Of a stretch of 7,030 nt of DNA, positions 1 through 6,949 are shown piece after piece; the stretch's first letter is position 1, and each line of letters starts with the position of its first letter. The notes under the pieces are model-generated. The model saw only the letters and a list, made by a program, of their open reading frames with translations, searched no databases and was not told the DNA's origin. The translations under genes and the position numbers were made by a program. The DNA lies in NCBI GenBank assembly GCA_002104945.1, contig MCFH01000232.1, positions 1-7,030 of the forward strand, read 5' to 3'. The DNA is from Piromyces finnis finn (lineage: Eukaryota > Fungi > Neocallimastigomycota).

Positions 1-71
1 AAAAGTGTATATTATATTTATATTAAATATTAAAAAATATTTAATGATACTACTAAAATAATATTATAAAG

Positions 72-1076
72 GTATTAATGGGGGATATTGATAATGCTAT
101 TCATCTTCATCAAATATTTATTGAATTATGGAAAAAATATCATGCAATACCCGAATTATACAATTTTAGACACAATAGTGTAGTAGTAAATTCATATTTA
201 TTAAGACCGTATATGTTTAATATAGAAATATATAATTTTTTTTTTTACAAAAAAAAAAAAAAAAAACTAACAAATTTATTTTATATGATTTATATCATCT
301 TAAAAAATAATTATAAATAGTGAATTCATAGAATCAAATTATATGCTTTATCAAGTATTTATTGAATAATAATAATAATTATAAGCGTATTTATAGTAAA
401 ATATAAAATTAATTTTATAAATATATATCTTTTAGGCAACAAAAGATCCTTATTATTTAGATATTGGAGAAATGATTTTAAATGATATTGAAAAGTTTTG
501 TAGAACAAAATGTGGTTTTGCACAATTAAAACCTTTAACAGGTTTAAAAAAAGAAGATCGTATGGAAAGTTTTTTCATTATTGAATCTTTGAAATATTTA
601 TATTTGTTATTTGATGAAGGTTAGTCAAATTAATAATATAAAGTAATAAAGTTTGAAAAGAAAGTAAAATTATTAATGTTTTAAAATTTAAAATATATAT
701 AATAAAAATTTATTATTTAGATAATTATATCAATAATAATTATTCAAACTCCATATTTACAACTGGTAATACTTTTATTTATATAATCCAAATATATAAA
801 GTTTGTTCAAATTATATTCTAATTTTCTTAATGTTTGTTATAAATATCATTTTAGAGGGTCATTTCCTTCTTCTTCCTCATTCTGTTTATAATAGGAAAT
901 CTTATGAAAATTCTTCATTTTTAAATGCCAATCCACATACCAATATAACATGCCCATTTAATACTTATAATATAGTAAATCCTTTATTATCTAAGAATGA
1001 AAAAATTAAAATATTTAATTTAGTTAATGGTATAAAAAAGGAAAATATAATGAATGATGACCTATGCTTGTTATAA
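72..1076 (+). CDS. MNL1: GH47 class I alpha-1,2-mannosidase-like protein, EDEM/Mnl1(Htm1) subfamily; 5'-partial, 5 exons in window
   Basis: Exons 72-208, 321-354, 436-619, 721-765, 856-1076 (621 nt, 206 aa + TAA). GT-AG introns 209-320, 355-435, 620-720, 766-855 keep the frame. Spliced product: VLMGDIDNAIHLHQIFIELWKKYHAIPELYNF...[27 protein letters not shown]...RTKCGFAQL...EDRMESFFIIESLKYLYLLFDEDN...IFTTEGHFLL...DDLCLL*. The LRPE, YQAT.DP, EDRMESFF..E..KYLYLLF and FTTEGH motifs are hallmark GH47 motifs in their EDEM-type form. Family is secure; exact orthology and the MNL1 symbol are less so. Bases 1-71 are an upstream intron ending in AAG. Confidence 0.9.
236..266 (+). repeat. T11-AC-A18 intronic homopolymer pair
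   Basis: T 236-246, AC 247-248, A 249-266, immediately followed by CTAAC (267-271), a branch-point-like sequence, in intron 209-320. Confidence 0.8.
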
Positions 1077-1147
1077 TCATAAAATATCAAAATCTTTTAA
1101 TAAAAAATACATCAGAATTATCTTACAATAGTAAAAGAATTTTCTTT

Positions 1148-1165
1148 AAAAAAAAAAAAAAAAAA
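1148..1165 (+). repeat. Poly(dA)18 tract downstream of the mannosidase-like gene stop
   Basis: Uninterrupted A run about 72 nt after TAA 1074-1076. Confidence 0.85.
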
Positions 1166-1612
1166 TAAATGAAAAAAATAAAGAAAATAAATTTTAATCT
1201 ATATGAAATATATTATTTTATATTTTGCAATAAGTATAGGATTTATTATAACATTTATTATCATAATAAAAAAATTATAATTATTATTACTATTAATTAA
1301 CAATAGCGTAAATATACAATATTAATTAATTAATATAATACAACTATTATAATATATTTTTCTATTACTTCTATTTTTTGAAATGAAATTGTTTACAGAG
1401 TTATATTGTTATTCTTTTATTTCTACTTTTTTTTATTTCTTTTATTGTTTTTATTATTTATATTTTTAATTTTATTATTTCTTTTTTCTAATATTATCAT
1501 ATAATATTTTTTTCAAAGAATTTCTATTAATTTTATTGTTGTTATTGATATCATGTTACAATTTTAGTCTCAATCTTTTTAAAATCAATAATATTAAATG
1601 ATAATTAATGTG

Positions 1613-1664
1613 TTTCTTTTTTTGTTTTTTTTTGCTTTTTGTTTTTTTGCCTTTTTTTTTTTTT
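1613..1664 (+). repeat. Interrupted T-rich tract (A-rich on the Asterix sense strand), ending in T13
   Basis: T runs interrupted by G, GC and GCC; the nearer end lies 14 nt after the Asterix stop codon. Confidence 0.8.
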
Positions 1665-1677
1665 AAATTTATTTATT

Positions 1678-2384
1678 TTAATTGTCTTTATTTAATTCCA
1701 TAAGATTGCTGAAATAAAGTTCATTTGAGTAAACAACGAGTAAAGATGAAATTGCAAAGCTAGGTATTTTATTTTTCAAAATTTGTTAGTATTAAAATAT
1801 GATAATATTGAAATTGAAATTATAATTAATTTTATATTTTGAAAAATTTAGATTATTTATATTTCATATAAAAAAATAAACATACAATAAAGAGCCACCA
1901 TTTCTAGCTTCAGCTTCAGATTTCTTACTAGTTATAACACTAGAGATAGATAAGAATAATGCTACCCAGGAAGCAATTTTATTCTTCATTGATATTTTAT
2001 TTATTAATGTATATGTTTATTATTTTAGTAAAATAGTAAAATATTAAAATTAATAAGAATATATAAAATAAATCAAATTATGTACCTTCTTGAAAACACC
2101 CAAAATACCTAATATAATTACATTAAAAAATATTTATTTTTTATTGAATTAAGATAACATAAAACAAATTAAAATTAGAATAATTCTACTTTAAATTATA
2201 ATACCTTTTACATTTGATATTTATATTATATTACTAGAGAAATTAAAATTTTAAATTTACCAACGATTAAAGCAATAAATCCAACCCAGTCAATATCAGC
2301 ATTATCTTCATCAAATTCTGGTGGAACAAACTTAACAACAGCTTCTGGTTTTCTTGGATCTGAACTTTTAGTTTTAGTACTCAT
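1678..2384 (-). CDS. WDR83OS: PAT complex subunit Asterix (UPF0139 / WDR83OS / PAT10 family), 108 aa, 3 predicted TM helices; complete, 4 exons
   Basis: Minus-strand exons 2384-2261, 2108-2086, 1983-1886, 1759-1678 (327 nt). Introns 2260-2109, 2085-1984 and 1885-1760 are all GT-AG and frame-consistent. Product: MSTKTKSSDPRKPEAVVKFVPPEFDEDNADIDWVGFIALIVGILGVFKKNKIASWVALFLSISSVITSKKSEAEARNGGSLFFAISSLLVVYSNELYFSNLMELNKDN*. The N-terminal SDPR(K/R)P..V..F.PP motif, K...SW.A helix 2, terminal (L/F)(S/A)IS...(V/M).Y helix and size match Asterix as I recall it. No database search was run. Confidence 0.85.
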
Positions 2385-3498
2385 ATCTATTTATTTATTA
2401 TTATTGTTATTATTATTATTTTAATTAAAATCTATAATTAAAAATTTATAATTTTTACTTATATAAACCTATATAATTCTATAATAATAAAGTATAAAAT
2501 AAAAATAAAAAAAAAAATTCATTTTCCATATGATTTTATTAAATAATTAAATCTAACAAATTTATTTTGATATTTCAATATATTATAGTTGATTAATTTA
2601 TATTAATTTATATGGAAATATATATTATTAAAATGAATAGAATGCTTTATATATAAAAATTTCAATTTGAACTTTTTTTTAATGAAATATTTCAAAGATA
2701 TACTTGAGTAAGTCTCTTTAAAAATATGTTAGATTTATTTGATATATATTATTATTATTTTTCATTTTATTAATTATATTAATTATAAATATATTTTAAC
2801 TTTCTTTCTTATAATATTTATACTACTCTTACATTATAATATTCGTCATTTTAATATAATAATGGCTATAATGATATTTTAAAATAATTTTTAAAAATTA
2901 AATATTTAAAAAATTAATTTATTTAATTATCCAAAAAAAAATAAACTTTTTTTCTTCAAATTTTTACATTTATTAAATAATTAATGATATAAAAATTGTT
3001 AAGGAAAAGGGAATAAAGAACTTTTTATTTCATAATTATGAAAAAAGTATTTAAATAATAATATATACATATTATTATTGAATTATGCAAAAATAAGTTT
3101 ATATATATATTATAATTAATTAAACTGAATTAAAATCATGAAAAAATAATATATATATATAAATTATGAAATAAAATACCTATTTGAATTATTAAACAAT
3201 AATTATTAACGATAATACTACTTAAATTTATTTCATATTAACAAACTTGAAATATTTACTTGTATAAAGATAAATTAAACTAAAATATAAAACAAATAAT
3301 CAAAAGTTAAATAAGTGATTGACGTTACATCAAATTAACAAAAATATTATTCTAAAATTTTCGCTTTGAAACAGGAAACAATAAATCAAAAATTAAAGAT
3401 AAATTCATCAAATTTATTCTCAATTATATGATAAAAGTATATATTGATAATTTATAATATTTCACTGTTGTATTGCTATTTATATAATTAAATTCTTT

Positions 3499-3526
3499 AA
3501 AAAAAAAAATAAATAAATAAATAAAT
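3499..3526 (+). repeat. A11 run overlapping an (AAAT)5 microsatellite
   Basis: A run 3499-3509; AAAT units 3507-3526, read directly. Confidence 0.8.
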
Positions 3527-3626
3527 AGAATATTATAAAAATAAAATAAAAAAAAATTAAAATATAAATAATTATCATTAACCCATTATACTTTTTATAT
3601 AAAACAATTTATTCATTAAATCTCTC

Positions 3627-3628
<2 letters not shown>

Positions 3629-3662
<34 letters not shown>

Positions 3663-3673
3663 TTTGTTTGTTT
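3629..3673 (+). repeat. Poly(dT)33 homopolymer followed by (GTTT)3
   Basis: Uninterrupted T run 3629-3661, then GTTT x3 (3662-3673), 123-155 nt upstream of the VPS35 ATG. Homopolymer length may be imprecise in the assembly. Confidence 0.9.
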
Positions 3674-3783
3674 ATTTTGATAAAAATTAATATTGTTTAA
3701 ATCTTATTGAATTATTATTATTACTATAATTTGTGAAAAGTATTTCAAAACTTAAAATTAAAAAATATATTCAATAAATCAAA

Positions 3784-6700
3784 ATGTCTATGACTCCTCC
3801 ATTAGAAGATCAACAAAAAGTATTAAATGATGCTTTAAAAATAGTCAAATATGAAGCCTATAATATGAAGAAAAGCTTGGTAATAAAAAATAATATAATA
3901 AAAATTATAATAATAATAATATAAGAAAGAAATTTTATTTAATATTTAATTATCTATAATTAAACATTAATAGGAAAGTGACAAATTAATGGATGCTTTA
4001 AAACATTGTTCAGATATGCTTTCTGAATTAAGAACTTCATTTTTAACACCAAAAAATTACTATGAACTATGTAATTATTCATTTTATATACGTTATTTCT
4101 ACTTTTCAAATTTAATTGGAATTTCAATTTTAAATTATATATATTATATATTCCTCTATTTATTTAACATTTCAAAACAAATAATAAATAAATAAACAAC
4201 AATAAAAATAACTAAAATAATAATAATAAAAGATATGGCTATTTTCGATGAAATGCGTCATTTAACAGAATATTTATATGATTCACATATCCAAAAAAAG
4301 CATCATTTATCTGATTTGTATGAACTTGTTCAATATGCTGGAAGCATTATTCCTAGATTATATTTAATGATTACTGTTGGTAGTGTATTTATGAAAGTTT
4401 CCAAAGAATTATTACCTGATAATCCAGAAAGCGGACCTACAAATAATGAAGGCGAAACTTCCAATAATGACCAGCAAATCGAAAATAAAGATAATGTAAT
4501 TCATGATAAATTTGAAGAAGATATACCACCTGTTAAAGAGTTAATGAAAGATATGCTCGAAATGACAAGAGGTGTTCAACATCCAACTCGTGGTTTATTT
4601 TTACGTTATTACTTAAGTGTTATGACTAGAGAATATATGCCATTTGGAAAGGAAGAAAGGTTCAATTTCTATTTTTTTATTATTTCTTATATTAAATAAT
4701 ATAATAACAAAAAAATATCCTTTAATAGAATAAGTTCATGAAATCCATATATTTATATTCAATAATATTATTTATAATAAAAAATTAGTCAACATGGAAA
4801 TATCAATGACTCTATTCATTTTATTTTACAAAACTTTGTCGAAATGAATAAATTATGGGTTCGTTTGCAACACCAAGGTTTAAGTAGGGAAAAGGAAAAA
4901 AGAGAACAGGAAAGAAAAGAATTAAGGCTTTTAGTCGGTTCAAATCTTGTTCGTATCAGTCAATTAGATGGTGTTGATTTAGAAATGTATAAAACAGTAT
5001 GTGTCATTGAATAATAAAAAATTAATAAGTGATAATATAATTTATAATTTTTATAATAGTAATAGCTTTTACACTAATAATAAAATGTTATTTATTTTAT
5101 AAAGTTTATTCTTCCAAGTATATTAGAAGAAGTTGTTAGTTGTAGAGATGTAATTGCTCAAGAATATTTAATGGAAGTAATTATTCAAGTATTTAGTGAT
5201 GAATTCCATTTACATACACTTAATGAATTTTTGTCAGCAACAGCTCAATTAAACAAAGGTGTTGATGTTAAACAAATTGTAATAAGTTTAATTGATAGAT
5301 TTGCAAACTATGCAGCTAGAGCTAGAGATGAAATGGCTGCCAATGGTAATACAGTTTTATTGATATTTAATCAATAAATATGAAATAAATTTTAAACTTA
5401 TTCAAAAATTTATATTTATTATTTAATAGAAAATAATGAAGAGAATAATTTAATTAACGGTATTCCTGAGGATGTCCACTTATTTGAAGTATTTTGGGAA
5501 CAAATTACTGAATTAATTAAAGTAAAATATATTAAGAAATAAAATATATAATGAACTATTAAATGTTTAAAAATTGTTTTTTTTAATTTAATACAATAAT
5601 ACTAATAATAACAATAATAATAATAGGCAAGACTTGAGTTTACAATTACTGATATTATTGCTCTTCTTGTATCGTTAGTAAAGTTATCATTGAACTGTTA
5701 TCCAGATAAATTGGACTTTGTTGATAAAGTACTTGGTTTTGCTAGTGATAATGTTAGAATGACATCAAATTCATCAGGGTAATAGCAAATGCAAATACTA
5801 TATCAATCTATATATAATATATTTTTTTATTAATTTCTATATTTATTATATTTATTGAATTTGGTATTTATAATCTCTGTTGCTTTTTATACTTATAGAA
5901 ATGCAGAATTAATTTCTAATAAATGTAAAAATTTACTTTTAGACTTACTCCTTGCACCAGTACAAACATATAATAAGAATTTATTAACATTTTTAACTAT
6001 GCCATCAAGTAGTATCCAAACTGGTATTTCAGATAAATCTATATCATTAGCTGGAAATTATACTGATTTATTAGTTCAGCAATCATATACTATTAGACGT
6101 CGTATTGCACATTCAGTAGCTAAAACACTTTTGGAAGCATCTGTTAAACATAACTTTGTTATTAATTCTATTGAAGGTGTTGATTTATTTTTTGGTGAAC
6201 TTTGTAGTGTTATGATCAGAGAACAAAAAGATGGTGGTCTTTTTGGATTAAGAGTAAATGATTATGAAACCATTAAAGGCAATTTTGAAGAAGATTTAGA
6301 TTGGGATGATGTAGTAGAAGAACAAACTATTGTTGCTAAAATGTTAAAATTAGTTCATCTTAGTAGTGAAGATGAACTAGATTTAGATAAGGAATTTGAA
6401 GTAAGTAAAAAAAAAATTAAAGTTTGATTTAAATTTAATTATGTTTAGAAGTATATTAAAAATAATTTCATAATACTTTTATATATTTAGTTATTATCTG
6501 CAGCAAGAAAACATATTGGAGAAGGTGGCGATATAAGAATTCGTTTCACTTTACCTTCTATAGTGTTTTCTTCAATAAATCTAGCTAATAAATATATCAA
6601 TTCATCCGATCCAGTAAGTTTTAGATAAATAATATGCTAAAATATATTATTAATTCATTCTCAATTTTTCTTTTTGTTTTTATTTAAAATATATATATAG

Positions 6701-6949
6701 AAAGAGTTAATAGAACCAAAATTATCTGTATTATTTAGATTTATAAAACAAACTATCTCATCTCTTAATTCAGCCAGAGAAAACTTTGATGAAAATGATG
6801 CTATGTTATTCGGTAGACCAAATATAAAAATAAAAGATGGATTAATGAGTCCACATGATATGTCACTAAGATTATACCTAATGGCTGCTCAAACAGCAGA
6901 TAGAGCAGGTATTAACTTTGAAAATAACGCCTATGACTTCTATGTTGAA
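3784..6949 (+). CDS. VPS35: Vacuolar protein sorting-associated protein 35 (retromer cargo-selective subunit); 3'-partial, 10 exons in window
   Basis: Exons 3784-3879, 3974-4070, 4233-4659, 4789-4996, 5105-5345, 5430-5521, 5627-5778, 5899-6400, 6491-6613, 6701-6949 (2187 nt = 729 codons, open throughout). All introns are GT-AG; intron 10 starts at 6950 and runs off the window. Diagnostic motifs: [128 protein letters not shown]. Confidence 0.97.

Larger units (their letters stand above)
2385..3783. promoter_or_regulatory. Divergent (head-to-head) intergenic region holding the promoters and 5' UTRs of Asterix (-) and VPS35 (+)
   Basis: Lies between the two start codons (2384 on -, 3784 on +). 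Almost purely A/T, no recognisable coding signal, only four CpGs (2844, 3210, 3323, 3362). Promoter function is inferred from geometry; transcription start sites cannot be placed. Confidence 0.6.

Noticed and set aside
1056-1076. C-terminal DDLCLL as a CaaX prenylation or ER-retention signal
   Set aside because: Cys is at -3, not -4; the sequence is not HDEL/KDEL-like; the domain is expected to be lumenal.
1099-1677. AATAAA polyadenylation signals after both convergent stops
   Set aside because: AATAAA is ubiquitous in this composition, so individual sites cannot be supported.
2500-2535. Minus-strand upstream ATG mini-ORFs (e.g. MENEFFFLFLFYTLLL*) before Asterix
   Set aside because: Simply translations of the T-rich tract; no coding signature and the TSS is unknown.
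2701-2720. GTAAGT donor-like hexamer at 2708 within a weak hairpin (TACTTGAGTA)
   Set aside because: No associated exon or reading frame, about 1 kb from the VPS35 ATG; a single hexamer and a short AT-rich stem are expected by chance.
2385-3783. Non-autonomous transposon (MITE) or ncRNA in the intergenic region
   Set aside because: No terminal inverted repeats, target-site duplication, paired C/D or H/ACA boxes, tRNA cloverleaf or GC-supported stems were found.
4397-4516. Vps35 acidic insertion as an unannotated in-frame intron
   Set aside because: Coding-like G/C content, no branch-point or YAG acceptor, unlike every confirmed intron here.
4729-4733. 5-nt micro-exon AATAA between TAG (4728) and a second GTTCA (4734)
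   Set aside because: Inclusion shifts the frame and destroys the conserved downstream Vps35 sequence.
3901-5626. (TAA)n/(AAT)n runs near intron 3' ends as a repeat family or CRISPR-like array
   Set aside because: Short simple-sequence slippage typical of AT-rich introns; no repeat-spacer periodicity, and the context is eukaryotic.
78-6427. The six track ORFs as independent genes
   Set aside because: Each is an exon of the mannosidase-like gene or VPS35 reading into flanking intron. Their Phe/Ile/Tyr/Lys-rich ends are translated intron sequence.
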